Part shown: piece by piece, positions 9,201 through 18,522 of the stretch
Position numbering within the stretch: position 1 is the first letter of the stretch
Layout: each line of letters opens with the position of its first letter
Source of the DNA: a virus
Virus record (IMG/VR): IMGVR_UViG_3300049460_000150
Span: 1 to 64,000 of that record
Length of the DNA: 64,000 nucleotides
Direction: 5' to 3' (one strand)
The notes under the pieces: model-generated
What the model was told of the DNA's origin: nothing
The model's input: only the letters and a program-made list of their open reading frames with translations
Databases searched by the model: none
Position numbers and translations under genes: made by a program

Positions 9201-11792
9201 TTTCGACAAGGAAGAGACCACCTTATCCTTCTCTTCGAACACGCCTTTCGCCGTGTTCGCGGAAGCCTTCAATTCATCCATCGCGGCGGCGGAGCGGCCC
9301 GTGATGTACTCGAATGCATAGAACCCAGCGGTTGCGGCAGCGACAGCGATGCCGATTCCGCTCACGATGGATAGGCCAAGGAAGGCGGTCTTGACCGTGT
9401 TGAGCGCGACTGCGAGCGTGCTGGTCGAGGCAGCGGCAACGGTGGCGACTGGAGAGATGAGGCCGATTGAGGTCGCCAGCGTGCCGATGGAACCCACTTG
9501 GCTGGCGGTCTGCAAAGCGGTCACGGCCAGGGAGGCGGCACCGGCACCTTGCGCGAGGCGCAAAGCCCCAGCGGCCATGCTCGCCAAATAGGCGGCGGCA
9601 CCAGACGCGGCGAACCCGGCCAACGAGGTGACAGCCACGCCCACCAGTATGTTGTGTTCGGAAAGGCTCTGGATCAGCGTAGCAAAGCCGCCGATAATAG
9701 CGGTCAACAAATGGCCCAAAGGCTCGAAGCCCGTAGAGGCCAGGTTGCCGAGCGCGGTTGTCAAGCGCGTGGCTTGCGAACGGAACGAGTCCATTTGTAC
9801 TTCATTTGCCTTGACGCCAGCCTGCGTGTCCTGGAGCAGCAGGTATTGACGTTCCAGCTCGGCTGGATTGGCGATCAAAGCGTTGAATGCGGCAGCGCCG
9901 CGAACGTCGAAGGATTTGATGGCGTCGGAGGCCACAAAGCCAGCATCACGCAGCTTGTTGGTTACTCCCAGCAAACCATTCGAGCGGAAGTCCACGTCGG
10001 CCAGGGTCAGGCCCAGGCGTTGCAGAGTGGCCGTGAACTCCTTACTCGGCTTCTCGGTCTCGGTGATGAATTGGCGAAGACCAGTACCAAGTGTCGAGCC
10101 GCTACGGATACCAGCGTTGGACATGGCCGCGAGTGCCGCCGTAACCTCTTCAAAAGAGATGCCTACTTGCGAGGCGGCGTTACCTACATACTGGAAGCCA
10201 AGCGCCAGCTTTTCGACCGAGATTTTGGATGAGTTGGAAGCTTGCGTGACCTTGTTGGCGATGTCCGCAATGTCCGTCGTGCTTTTATCAAACACGCCGA
10301 TGATGGAAGTTACGAGGTCCACGGCCTGTGAAATAGAGGTGCCAGCGGCGCTTGCGAGCGAGACCACAGCGCCGAGCGAATCGCCGACCTGTTTAGCGCT
10401 CAAACCAGCTTGGCCCAGAGTCAGCGCGGCGTTGGCTACTTCAACAGACGAAAACTTACTGGCTCCAGCCACCTCTTTGATGCGGTCTTCCAGGCCGCGC
10501 ATTTCGGTGCTGGTCGTCGCCGTGACAGCCTGCACATTTCGGAAGGCGGCTTCGAGTTCAATAGACGTGCCGACAGCGGACTTTACGGACGTGACAAAGC
10601 CGTTCAAAATCGAGTAGTTCGCCAGCAGGGACGCTTGCACAGCCAGCAGGGCCGCGCCGCCCTCACCGCTGGCGCGATTCAGCATGTTGCGCGACTGAGC
10701 ATCTTGACGGGCCTGACGAGTCTCAGGATCGTTCAAGTTTTGGTCGCGGCGAGCGTTCGTAATCTGCACCGATTTCTGGCGCACTTGCTCCAGGAGTTTC
10801 GCTTCTTCCTGGAGATTGATATTGCCCTTGGCGCGCTCGGCCACGAGGCGGGCTTCGATGTCGCGCACGTCTCCCACGAGTTGGCGCACCTTGGCACCAT
10901 CGGTCAAGGTGGCTTTAATCGAGGCTTGGGCAAGGCCAGCGTCCTTGTAGATTTGGCCCAGGTATTGGCTGGTGGAAGACGACATTAAACGGTCAAGAGA
11001 GATGTCAGTCTTTCCAGGCATCAGAGACGAGTCGATACGGGCGCTGCGAATCTCTGCTTGCTGGCTCGCGTAATCGCGCCCGCGTTGGCTGTAGTCGAGC
11101 TGCGTGTTTGTGGCGCGAGTTTGCGCGGACGCCGACCCTTCCTCTTGCTTGCGCTGTTGGGCGAGGCGTTGAATCTCAGCGTAGCGCTGCTTAGAGGCGT
11201 TGAAGTTTGCTTGAGCAATTTGCTCGTTCAACTTGTCTTGCGTGGCCTGCTGTTTCATCTCGCCGATGACGACATTCAGGAGACCGATATTGTCGTTAAG
11301 AAGCGTCTTCTTTTGTTGCAGGGCAGCGTTACCAGCGTCGTTCTTCAAAGCGAGGTCCACAGCCTTGAGGTTCGTTTCGAGAACCTTCATGGCCGCAGCG
11401 GCTTCGGTGGTGGTCTTGGCGTTCAAGCCCAGTTCGTACTTCTCCAGCGCGGCGCTTTGACGCATGGAATCGTAGGCTTTGGCGGCAGCGGAAATGGCGC
11501 GATTAATCGCGTTGACATTGGCTACTTCATCGCTCTTGAAAAGCTCCTGGCCTTGGCGTACAGTTCCAAGGAACTTTAATTCACGTTGAAGGACGCGAAT
11601 CAGGTTAGTCAGTTCTTCAGGTTTTTTGCCTGCCTGGAAGGCTTCAACCAGCTTCTTCCCGCTGTCAGCCGCAGCGCCTTCCAGTTTTTCGACTATCTTG
11701 AGCAGCGCGTCGAAAGTCTTGGTCGCCTCGGCGGAACCGGGGGTCTCTATTCCGGCTACCACGCTCGCCTGGAATTGGTTATTATCTGCCAT
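6240..11792 (-). CDS. Tape measure protein
   Basis: About 1850 aa, Ala-rich and helical, with TP901-type core motifs (SKFSSVEVANAALTLGQAG, GIRSGSTLGTGLR) and a C-terminal GRDSVPTMLMPGEFVL. Start moved to MADNNQF (11792). Confidence 0.93.
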   Translation of the reverse strand: MADNNQFQASVVAGIETPGSAEATKTFDALLKIVEKLEGAAADSGKKLVEAFQAGKKPEELTNLIRVLQRELKFLGTVRQGQELFKSDEVANVNAINRAISAAAKAYDSMRQSAALEKYELGLNAKTTTEAAAAMKVLETNLKAVDLALKNDAGNAALQQKKTLLNDNIGLLNVVIGEMKQQATQDKLNEQIAQANFNASKQRYAEIQRLAQQRKQEEGSASAQTRATNTQLDYSQRGRDYASQQAEIRSARIDSSLMPGKTDISLDRLMSSSTSQYLGQIYKDAGLAQASIKATLTDGAKVRQLVGDVRDIEARLVAERAKGNINLQEEAKLLEQVRQKSVQITNARRDQNLNDPETRQARQDAQSRNMLNRASGEGGAALLAVQASLLANYSILNGFVTSVKSAVGTSIELEAAFRNVQAVTATTSTEMRGLEDRIKEVAGASKFSSVEVANAALTLGQAGLSAKQVGDSLGAVVSLASAAGTSISQAVDLVTSIIGVFDKSTTDIADIANKVTQASNSSKISVEKLALGFQYVGNAASQVGISFEEVTAALAAMSNAGIRSGSTLGTGLRQFITETEKPSKEFTATLQRLGLTLADVDFRSNGLLGVTNKLRDAGFVASDAIKSFDVRGAAAFNALIANPAELERQYLLLQDTQAGVKANEVQMDSFRSQATRLTTALGNLASTGFEPLGHLLTAIIGGFATLIQSLSEHNILVGVAVTSLAGFAASGAAAYLASMAAGALRLAQGAGAASLAVTALQTASQVGSIGTLATSIGLISPVATVAAASTSTLAVALNTVKTAFLGLSIVSGIGIAVAAATAGFYAFEYITGRSAAAMDELKASANTAKGVFEEKDKVVSSLSKKIEELTYKQGSLGDGTNALTAENLALTNQFGANGYAADTATLSFDRMIDSLKKLKKEMEEVRKQSLESAIADNEKLLEAQTEKLKESLDKSKGTFGTAGNGLTRDLQSAIGSSQGNFTASERQILETALSQLREGSTGNLGQLSSARILLQRKSSDISNRGGAESVADRFQSVADKLGEVVKNLSDVNATRSELGGLQGTLNRTQAFKDFNESGRFGAVKGKTRTFEESLPRVGNLTELALEASGQKEESNPVKVYELVKDEYETRQKIYAERVKLITELKNSGKIDKDTFDTAKALVNARSEKEKNEFLRAADDSKDDAQLAYNHTKRLLQEQEKNAKMKGDKTRQKEIEDQLFDNEIAFKNRGLTSAAKIQDNEEELRAIAEQRKQNIDDRKVRAAPGARLNENLSERSLRVQADAADAEANEDRAAIKTAQTMDEVGKLMDAAIEAKFDAKKKRLAALASKQKYESEQPGYDKKTGDLAHRLEMNALAESEDSKINTFADSFISLIESAMNRLDTVTKKINESKRKIAEDKLDSEDRVFAAQQELREVELAIATGKKVKSDSKSTVTYDNATFGPNGVTAGSRGTSSSRTTTNSGNESTLSAGGVSASIRETLNQRRNRLIVESTKIELEENEKALAEYGDATTGQIGLLTTKYKESKALVKELGDKLLTETDTKVKAELQSQLNVQEKVMTDSFRDLRSARSEKQKLQVDNFNIQKKAQENTEALPQELTLDNLLNKLDEVWAKYQATVGQMNVVKVVGDGLSSVLGSVTGQLGNAFAAVVTGTKSVKSAFKDMSLGVIKAMIDILAQALALQAVKGLFGLLGFGVGAGSGVAGADVGTTSQIGADFSLMAATGGLIVPGGIQRVKGMARGGPVTGGISGRDSVPTMLMPGEFVLNRTATDAVGTDYLHSLNSAANSVVSSSSPKVPSAKKEDSSVVNVWVVSPDQKPNSTGPKDIIAVITDDISRGGQVKKLIKQVVLNQV

Positions 11793-11804
11793 GCTGGCCT
11801 CAGT

Positions 11805-11844
11805 AAAAGAAAAAGGGATGCCCACATTATAGCGGGCATCCCTT
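11805..11844 (-). terminator. Intrinsic terminator-like hairpin between tail chaperones and tape measure
   Basis: 11-bp stem AAGGGATGCCC/GGGCATCCCTT followed by a T-rich run on the minus strand. Confidence 0.6.
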
Positions 11845-12051
11845 CTATCCTCCACCGAATACAGCGCTGAATTTGGTCTTCAGCTCGTCCTTGCTCTGGA
11901 CCTCCTTGGGCTTTTCCTTTTCCCCAGGCCCGAAGGCGAGGCTGACGACTTTCTCCAAGGTTTGGAACTGCTGGACGATCTGGGCTTGCTGCTGCCCGAT
12001 GTACAACTTGACCTTGACCTTTATGTCGTTCAACGTCACGTCCCAGAACAC
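11845..12051 (-). CDS. Tail assembly chaperone, frameshifted C-terminal part (gpGT-like)
   Basis: Lies between the chaperone and the tape measure gene; its frame stays open upstream to at least 12159, in the -1 frame of the chaperone. Confidence 0.7.
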   Translation of the reverse strand: MFWDVTLNDIKVKVKLYIGQQQAQIVQQFQTLEKVVSLAFGPGEKEKPKEVQSKDELKTKFSAVFGGG

Positions 12052-12086
12052 GCGGCGATGAAGGTCTGATGGAGTCGTGTTAAATG

Positions 12087-12524
12087 CTAGACAACAGGAC
12101 TCTTCGAGACTGAGCTTTCCGGCCCAGCTTGTGTAGGTGTCGAGGACGACGGTTTTTTGAGCGCGTCGATGCGGCTTTGGCTCCGCCCCAGAACCTTGTT
12201 CGCCCGCTCCATCGACGCCACAGTAAAATCCGTGACGTGTTCCGTCACGAATTCCAGCAGGTTGGCAACGTCATCGAAGCTAACAGAAACCTCGTCCAGC
12301 TCGCGCTTCTGGATGACCTTACCCTTTGGGTCGCGCAAGGCGAGGCATTCGACCAGGATGGCTTCGCGCAGTTCCGGGTCTTGCAGGATCAGCGGAATCT
12401 GGGTGCTGTCACCCATCAGGTAGCAGATGCGGTTCAGCAGTGCGAAGGACATGAAAAATTCGAAGTTGGCACCGTCAACTGTGATGTTGAGAGTGTGCGG
12501 CAAAGGTTGAGTAACTGTGGTCAT
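12087..12524 (-). CDS. Tail assembly chaperone (gpG-like)
   Basis: Position between major tail and tape measure genes; CTC AAA AAA C slippery-type run at 12159-12152. Confidence 0.75.
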   Translation of the reverse strand: MTTVTQPLPHTLNITVDGANFEFFMSFALLNRICYLMGDSTQIPLILQDPELREAILVECLALRDPKGKVIQKRELDEVSVSFDDVANLLEFVTEHVTDFTVASMERANKVLGRSQSRIDALKKPSSSTPTQAGPESSVSKSPVV

Positions 12525-12582
12525 GAAATTCCCCGTTGGTTGAGAGTGAGGCGATTATACACCGAAGTGGTTTTGTTTGGTC

Positions 12583-12611
12583 AATAAAAAACCCCCGCAC
12601 TTGGCGGGGGT
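12583..12611 (-). terminator. Intrinsic terminator after major tail gene
   Basis: ACCCCCGC-CAAGT-GCGGGGGT followed by TTTTT on the minus strand. Confidence 0.8.
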
Positions 12612-12636
12612 AAGGTGCAGCTAGGGGTGCAACGAA

Positions 12637-13443
12637 TCAGTCCAGAATCATGCCCTTGGCCGGGGTGCCGTTGGCACCGATGGTCTGGAACAGGGCGAAG
12701 TGCGGGTCGGCTTCGACCAGATCGTAGATTTCCAGTTCGAACGGGATGTGGTCGAAATTGTCGGTCTTGAAGGCCATCGACAGGCCGGACTTGACGCGCA
12801 CTTTCGGGAACAGCATCGGCACGGTGTCGCCGTTCGCCAGGGTGCCGACGATCTTGCACGACAGGAACGGTGCGTTGTCCTGGGAGCCGACCGCGATAAC
12901 GTTGACCTTTTCGACCTTGGCACCGATGCCAAGAGCCATCGGCAGGCCGGAGTCCATTTGGATGCTCTTGGCACCAGCGTCAACCGAGATGATTTTGCGG
13001 ATCATCACGTTGTCGTCCTTGCCGGTGTGGACCAGGACGAAGCTGTCAACGGTCAGGCCGACAACAGCGGCCAGCAGCAGTTCGTCGTCGCCGACTTCGG
13101 CGGGGGCAACCGGCGCGGCGTAGGCAGTTGCCAGGGTGGAGCCAGCGGTTTGACGCACGAATTGCGCGCCGTCCAGCGAGAGCGAATACGCCAAGTTCGA
13201 TGGCGTGTATTCGTACATCTCGGCGGTGATGCCAACCGCGTTGCTGTTCATCACGGAATACACCAGCGAGTTACGGATGCCTTGGGTCAGCTCCACGAAG
13301 CCGGGAGTGGTCTTGGTCGTGACGTTCTTTACCAGACCGACCGAGTTCGCGTCGGTCAGATTGAAAAGTGCGTCCTGGGGGCCGAGCATAATGGTCGCGC
13401 TACCCAGCATGAAATCGGTTGTCTTTGCTGCGCCTTGGGTCAT
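12637..13443 (-). CDS. Major tail (tube) protein
   Basis: 268 aa with the codon bias of a highly expressed gene; lies upstream of the chaperones and is followed by a terminator. Confidence 0.75.
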   Translation of the reverse strand: MTQGAAKTTDFMLGSATIMLGPQDALFNLTDANSVGLVKNVTTKTTPGFVELTQGIRNSLVYSVMNSNAVGITAEMYEYTPSNLAYSLSLDGAQFVRQTAGSTLATAYAAPVAPAEVGDDELLLAAVVGLTVDSFVLVHTGKDDNVMIRKIISVDAGAKSIQMDSGLPMALGIGAKVEKVNVIAVGSQDNAPFLSCKIVGTLANGDTVPMLFPKVRVKSGLSMAFKTDNFDHIPFELEIYDLVEADPHFALFQTIGANGTPAKGMILD

Positions 13444-13551
13444 GGTGGTTCTCCAACATTAAGTGGTGGGATGAAATCAGATTGCAACAGATTCTAGTCG
13501 ATGCTATGCTCGATGGCAACTGGTTTAATTTAAACCATATTAGGGGATACC

Positions 13552-13794
13552 ATGAGTACGATTCACAGGGACGGAAAGCCCATCGAGGGCGATGGAAGCG
13601 ATAAAACTCACGCCGCATTTAGCGTGAGGATTCCTATCGAGCTTCTGGACCAGATTGATGCACGCCGGAAGGTGTCAAAACGCAGCCGCAACAAAGAGAT
13701 CGAAATGCTTCTCGAAAGGCAGATTGAAGCTGAGGTCGAAAGGGATCAGCTTATGATCGACAAAATAGCTAAGATGAACCTCACTCCGCCATAA
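13552..13794 (+). CDS. Arc-like ribbon-helix-helix DNA-binding protein
   Basis: FSVRIPIELLDQIDARRKVSKRSRNKEIEMLL matches the Arc/Mnt pattern; GGGGA RBS upstream. Confidence 0.82.
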   Translation: MSTIHRDGKPIEGDGSDKTHAAFSVRIPIELLDQIDARRKVSKRSRNKEIEMLLERQIEAEVERDQLMIDKIAKMNLTPP

Positions 13795-14233
13795 AGCAAT
13801 TCGTCTTAAAGCCTACCATCACGAACTGGACAGGGCGCGAAGAGTCGCCCCCCACTGGTAAAACCCGCACGCCGTCCTGCACGATCAAGAGTCCCTTCTT
13901 TTCCCCTGTCTGGAAATCCAAAACGTCGATGGTTTTCATCGGTTGCAAGCGTTGGAAAAGACGCGCTACAAGTTCACGCAAACGAAACAGGTTTGTGTCA
14001 CCCTCTGTGGCAACGCCAATCATCACGTCAACGTCCACAAATGGGTGACTGGTGGAGAGGGACAAGCCAGAGGTGCCGATCAGGTCTCCTTCAGGAACAG
14101 TGTTCTCGTCCGCGTGGGCGTCGAAATCTTCGTACTCCAACGGGCTGGATTGGGCGGTGCCCCAATCGACGCAAAAGCGCTTAATACTAGCGTCGATATC
14201 CATCATCAAAAGTTGTTCACCCGGTACGGCCAT
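13781..14233 (-). CDS. Putative tail terminator/completion protein
   Basis: Acidic 150-aa ORF immediately upstream of the major tail gene; call is positional. Confidence 0.5.
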   Translation of the reverse strand: MAVPGEQLLMMDIDASIKRFCVDWGTAQSSPLEYEDFDAHADENTVPEGDLIGTSGLSLSTSHPFVDVDVMIGVATEGDTNLFRLRELVARLFQRLQPMKTIDVLDFQTGEKKGLLIVQDGVRVLPVGGDSSRPVQFVMVGFKTNCFMAE

Positions 14234-15078
14234 TATTGACTCCTAGATTTGATTGCGCGCCTGACGATATCAGGGAAGCGTCGTTCGATAAAATACCGCA
14301 GGAGCGGCGTGATGACTGCACGGATAGGGCGCTTGGAGCGGCCCATGCCGTATTCTGAGTTGATCTTGACCCATTGTTTCTCGTTGGATGGGTCCACCCT
14401 TTTGATGATGTAATCAACGACGCTTTTTTCATTAAAGGCCACACCTTTAAGATTCCCAAAGGCGGTGACAGTTGCCGTCATCTTCAGTTCTTTAGGGAAC
14501 GCCACAAAAGTGCCACGTTCGGCGGATCGAACTTGCACCCTTTGAAGCGCTCCATCCTTCTCGCTTACTGTGACAGAGAAACGAGGGTCGGGAGAAACGA
14601 AGTCATAGCTCAATGTTACAGGCCCAAAGAAGCGTGCCGTTGTCCCTTGCGAAGTGAGGGAGCGCATGTAGTCTCCGAAGGGACCGACTTTAACGAACTT
14701 GCTCTTTGACCCGGTTGCTGTGCGCAATCTGGACATCCCGTTATGTTTTGCACGTCCCAATGGCCGTCGCGCTGTACTGCTGTTGGAGAGGCCGATGTAG
14801 TGTCTTTGGCTTATATCAGCGTTGCCCTCTTTTAGCTTCGCAATTTGCCATCTGTCGGAGAGCGGTTGCCAGTAGTAAGGGATGAATCGACTAGGCGTGT
14901 TAAGAGCGCCAACAACATCTTCTACAATAAGTAAGAAGAATGTGTCGTATTCCGTCTGGAGTTCTTCCTTCAACTCAGCCGTCATTTCGCGTATCTTCTT
15001 AGACGAAAACCCCACTAGCTTTTCAGCTAGTGAGGCTTCCATCTTTTTGATCGCGTCTTTGAACGTCGATTTACTCAA
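14233..15078 (-). CDS. Putative neck/tail-completion protein (basic)
   Basis: Coupled start/stop overlaps within the head-tail joining block; call is positional. Confidence 0.45.
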   Translation of the reverse strand: MSKSTFKDAIKKMEASLAEKLVGFSSKKIREMTAELKEELQTEYDTFFLLIVEDVVGALNTPSRFIPYYWQPLSDRWQIAKLKEGNADISQRHYIGLSNSSTARRPLGRAKHNGMSRLRTATGSKSKFVKVGPFGDYMRSLTSQGTTARFFGPVTLSYDFVSPDPRFSVTVSEKDGALQRVQVRSAERGTFVAFPKELKMTATVTAFGNLKGVAFNEKSVVDYIIKRVDPSNEKQWVKINSEYGMGRSKRPIRAVITPLLRYFIERRFPDIVRRAIKSRSQ

Positions 15079-15577
15079 GTTCCACCGCCTTGACTCCCAT
15101 CACGTCGTAGACGCGCTTTACGTTGCGTCCGTCGATGATATCTCCTGACACAACATCCTGCCCTGTCAGGAAGCGATATTTAGTCTCCGAAGTACCCTGG
15201 AACATGATCGCTTCAGGCTTCTCGAAGTATGCGTAAATGAGGCCCATGTCTGATAGGCCAGTGTCGCGCTTTACCTTGGAAACCGGATCGGTCACGACCA
15301 CTCGGCGCTTCCATGCGTACTGGTGGGAGACGTAGGCGACCCGGTACGCCTCTGCCCAGGCAAAGTCTGGTGCAGTCTCCAGCAGGAGTATCTTACGGCC
15401 TCCAGGGTCAACTACAATCGCTCCTATGCTCGCAATTCCAGGCGACTTGACCATCAGCTTACGGTAGGGCATCTGGTCCTTGGTGGGCGCTTCCGCGAGC
15501 GGGCCGAGTAGCGCCATGAAACGCGCTCCGTCCAGGCGGCGGAACACCTCGAACAGCCGGTTTGAGGTAGCGCGCAT
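15071..15577 (-). CDS. Putative head-closure protein
   Basis: Start moved to MRATSNRL (15577), just after the previous stop; call is positional. Confidence 0.45.
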   Translation of the reverse strand: MRATSNRLFEVFRRLDGARFMALLGPLAEAPTKDQMPYRKLMVKSPGIASIGAIVVDPGGRKILLLETAPDFAWAEAYRVAYVSHQYAWKRRVVVTDPVSKVKRDTGLSDMGLIYAYFEKPEAIMFQGTSETKYRFLTGQDVVSGDIIDGRNVKRVYDVMGVKAVELE

Positions 15578-15578
15578 G

Positions 15579-16313
15579 TTAGGCTCCGGTGATGCGGTCA
15601 GCCTGCGAACTGAGCGAGAACAGGTTGTGGCCGACAGCGACGGAAACCGTGCCACCGATAGCATCGGTTATTTGCTGCAAACGAGCAGCAAGTTGACCGC
15701 GCAAGTCACCCTCAAGTTTTATGAAGTCCATGGCCGCACGTTCGAAGCCGGAATTGTCTGCCTTTTCCGACTTGAGCAAGCGGCTCTGCATCGACTGGCA
15801 AAGTGACACGGCGGCTTGCAGCGCAATGGCGTTGTTCGCGGCCATGGCAATTACGTCGGTGCGGCGCAGCGCGGTATCGATGGCGGCACCATAGATCGCG
15901 GCCAGCTCCATGTAGGCCGCGATAAGGTCGATATCGTCGTCCGGCAACTCGTCATGATCGGCACCTACAAGGGCGCGCACGGACTGCGGCCCTTCCGTCA
16001 TGGGGATCATGTGGTGCAGGCGATACGCTTTCGAGACCGAATACGGCTTCGAATTGTACATGAAATCTGCGCGCAAATAGCGCGACTCAAACAGCACGTT
16101 CGAGGGGATATCGCTGAGGGCCAGTGACATCACCACGGACATCTGGGTCGGCACGGCATCTACAGGCTGGGAGAAGTTGTACTTCTGGATGATGGACCCG
16201 CCATTATCCCAGGCTGTGAAACCGATGGTGTTGGCGTCCGGCACAACCGGCTGGCCGTCAACCATAAATTCCAGTATGACAGTTTGAGCCTGTCCGGCTA
16301 GACGCCATTCCAT
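15579..16313 (-). CDS. Putative head-tail adaptor
   Basis: VRALVG...LPDDDI adaptor-like motif; lies after the capsid block. Confidence 0.5.
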   Translation of the reverse strand: MEWRLAGQAQTVILEFMVDGQPVVPDANTIGFTAWDNGGSIIQKYNFSQPVDAVPTQMSVVMSLALSDIPSNVLFESRYLRADFMYNSKPYSVSKAYRLHHMIPMTEGPQSVRALVGADHDELPDDDIDLIAAYMELAAIYGAAIDTALRRTDVIAMAANNAIALQAAVSLCQSMQSRLLKSEKADNSGFERAAMDFIKLEGDLRGQLAARLQQITDAIGGTVSVAVGHNLFSLSSQADRITGA

Positions 16314-16774
16314 TATGCGCTCGCTTTCTGAGCTGCGGCAGCGGCGGCGATTTCAGCGAACTTTTTCTTCGATTCATCAGCAGCTTTATCAGCAGCCTCT
16401 TTGTCTGCCTGAGCCTGGGCTTCTTCAGCCGCTTTACGCTCGGCGTAACCAGCGGCGGCTTCGGCTTCCTGTTCGGTATTCAAACGGCGCTGTTCTTCGT
16501 CAAACATGGATGACTCACGGTTGTGGACGAAACTGAGGAAAGAGCTGATAGCAAGATCGACGTTTTTGTCCGACTCTTTCCAGAACTTTTCGAACTCGGC
16601 ATCGGTGGCGGAATCCGGCAGCTCGCCGCCCAGTGGTTCGATGCAACGGCTCATTGCCAGGGTCTTGACGAATTCCGTGACGGTGACGACCGATGGGCGG
16701 AAGGCATCGATCACCTCACCCAAGGTGGTGTTCAAACGGGTGGCGGAATCTTTGGTGATTACGAGGGCTTTCAT
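16313..16774 (-). CDS. Hypothetical virion-associated protein
   Basis: AAGGA RBS, follows the capsid gene, Ala/Glu/Lys-rich C-terminus. Confidence 0.6.
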   Translation of the reverse strand: MKALVITKDSATRLNTTLGEVIDAFRPSVVTVTEFVKTLAMSRCIEPLGGELPDSATDAEFEKFWKESDKNVDLAISSFLSFVHNRESSMFDEEQRRLNTEQEAEAAAGYAERKAAEEAQAQADKEAADKAADESKKKFAEIAAAAAAQKASA

Positions 16775-16825
16775 TGGATTTCCTTGAAAAAGTTTGGGAG
16801 GGACGACTGGGAAATTATAGACGAA

Positions 16826-16851
16826 ATAAAAGCCCCTTGCGGGGCTTTTAT
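16826..16851. terminator. Bidirectional terminator after major capsid gene
   Basis: ATAAAAGCCCC-TTGC-GGGGCTTTTAT. Confidence 0.8.
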
Positions 16852-16872
16852 CAAGTGGTCAAGACCAACTGC

Positions 16873-18057
16873 TTAGGCGCTGAAGTCCAGGATTTCACGG
16901 GTGTCGCCGAAGGCCAGCTTGTAGCCGCTGTTTTCGGTCTTCACGTACGTGATCGACTGGTTGAGAATCGAGCGCTCGTTTTCCGAGATGGCGGAGCCGG
17001 CTTCGGTCAGTTCTTCCAGCGTGTCGGACTTCGAGTAGCCCAGCAGCTTGTTAGCTGGCATGGTGCTGGACAGGACGAAGTTGCAGTTGCCGCCCAGCAT
17101 AGGCAGGTTCACATTGATACGCGGAGCGCCCTTCTCGGCCAGCGCGTCAGCTTCGGACTTTGCAGCCGACAGCGACGGGGTGAACATGAACAGCAGTTCC
17201 AGGTACATATCGATGTTGCCGACCAGCGTGTCGATTGGCAGACCAGCCTTGGCGCGGGAGACCAGCCAGCGTGCCAGCGCTTTATACTGTCCGCTGATCG
17301 GATTCGCCGTACCGGCTGGCACGATACCCTGGAATGAGGTGAATGCCTTGGTCCCGGCGGCAGCATTGACACCATCCCCGTTGACCAGCACGGAGGTCGC
17401 GGCGCGCACCTTCGAGATTTCCAGTTCGCGGCCAATACGCGCCGCAAACGGGGTCATGATGTCCAGCGAGACGCGGCGCTCGAATTCGTACGAGGTGCGG
17501 ATACCGGAACCGTGCTTGTAAATCGCCACCGAAGTTTGGCTCGACTTGATCGTGCGAACTGGGATGTTACCCAGCTCGGAGATGGACGAGGTGCGACGGG
17601 CTTCGGCGTCGTCATCGATCACGGTCGAAATCAGCTCCGTACCGGCGATGGTGCGCGACTGCGCGATCATCGGTGCGACGGTCTCGATTTGGTCCTGACG
17701 ATTGCGCCAGCGGACCATCTGGTCGATCACTTCCGGGAACATGGCACGGGTGCCAGGGAACTTTTGGAAGGTATCGGCAGCGGCTTGCAGCAGCACGCCT
17801 TGTTCCAGGTCGTCGCGGAACGGCAGTTGCAGTTCCATGAAGGCCGCTTCGAGGCCGTTCAGGCCAGCGTACTTTGCAGCCGTCGCGGAGGCAGCAGGGT
17901 TGATCGCCAGCATCAGGTAGTTAGCCATCGACAGGCCGCTCTCCTTTGCCTGGGAAACCAGCTTTGCCGCTGCATCGCGGGAGACGCCTGGGTTCGTGTC
18001 GCGCAAACCGGCCAACACAACTTCAGGAGCGCGGCGTGGGATGTCAGTCAGATTCAT
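16873..18057 (-). CDS. Major capsid protein
   Basis: 394 aa with HK97-fold-like segments (ISELGNIP, KHGSGIRTSYE, VLVNGDG), strong codon bias, GGAG RBS, terminator downstream. Confidence 0.85.
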   Translation of the reverse strand: MNLTDIPRRAPEVVLAGLRDTNPGVSRDAAAKLVSQAKESGLSMANYLMLAINPAASATAAKYAGLNGLEAAFMELQLPFRDDLEQGVLLQAAADTFQKFPGTRAMFPEVIDQMVRWRNRQDQIETVAPMIAQSRTIAGTELISTVIDDDAEARRTSSISELGNIPVRTIKSSQTSVAIYKHGSGIRTSYEFERRVSLDIMTPFAARIGRELEISKVRAATSVLVNGDGVNAAAGTKAFTSFQGIVPAGTANPISGQYKALARWLVSRAKAGLPIDTLVGNIDMYLELLFMFTPSLSAAKSEADALAEKGAPRINVNLPMLGGNCNFVLSSTMPANKLLGYSKSDTLEELTEAGSAISENERSILNQSITYVKTENSGYKLAFGDTREILDFSA

Positions 18058-18088
18058 GTAGTTCTCTCCAGTTGGAAGTTGTGGTGTA

Positions 18089-18487
18089 TTACAGGAAGAT
18101 TACGTCAGCGCTCAGGTTGGGTGCGTCGATGGACACAACCAGCGTGCGATTCGCCGCCGCAGCCTTCTTAACGACGCCGGGGGTGGCCGAGCCGCAAACG
18201 CTATCGCCGATTGCCAGCGCGCCAGTGTACGTGACTTTGAAGCCGCCCTTGTGATCGACCGTGCCGATTTTGATGCCTTCGATCTTGCGGTCTTCGTACG
18301 AAGCCAGCATACCGATAGGTTGCTCATCAACCGCCAGCAGTTTGACGGTGTTTGCAGCGGTCAGGTCTTGCGCGACCAGCTCACCAACGTCATCGAACGT
18401 AACGACGCCGGAAACGTTCCAGGTCCACGCCATATCTTGCGGGATGAGACCGCGCAGGGTGACGCCTGCACCAATGATACCAGCCAT
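18089..18487 (-). CDS. Head decoration/capsid cement protein
   Basis: 132-aa Ala/Gly/Val-rich ORF between the protease and capsid genes. Confidence 0.6.
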   Translation of the reverse strand: MAGIIGAGVTLRGLIPQDMAWTWNVSGVVTFDDVGELVAQDLTAANTVKLLAVDEQPIGMLASYEDRKIEGIKIGTVDHKGGFKVTYTGALAIGDSVCGSATPGVVKKAAAANRTLVVSIDAPNLSADVIFL

Positions 18488-18522
18488 GTGTTTCTCCTAA
18501 GTGATGTTTTCGGGGGTGGTTA

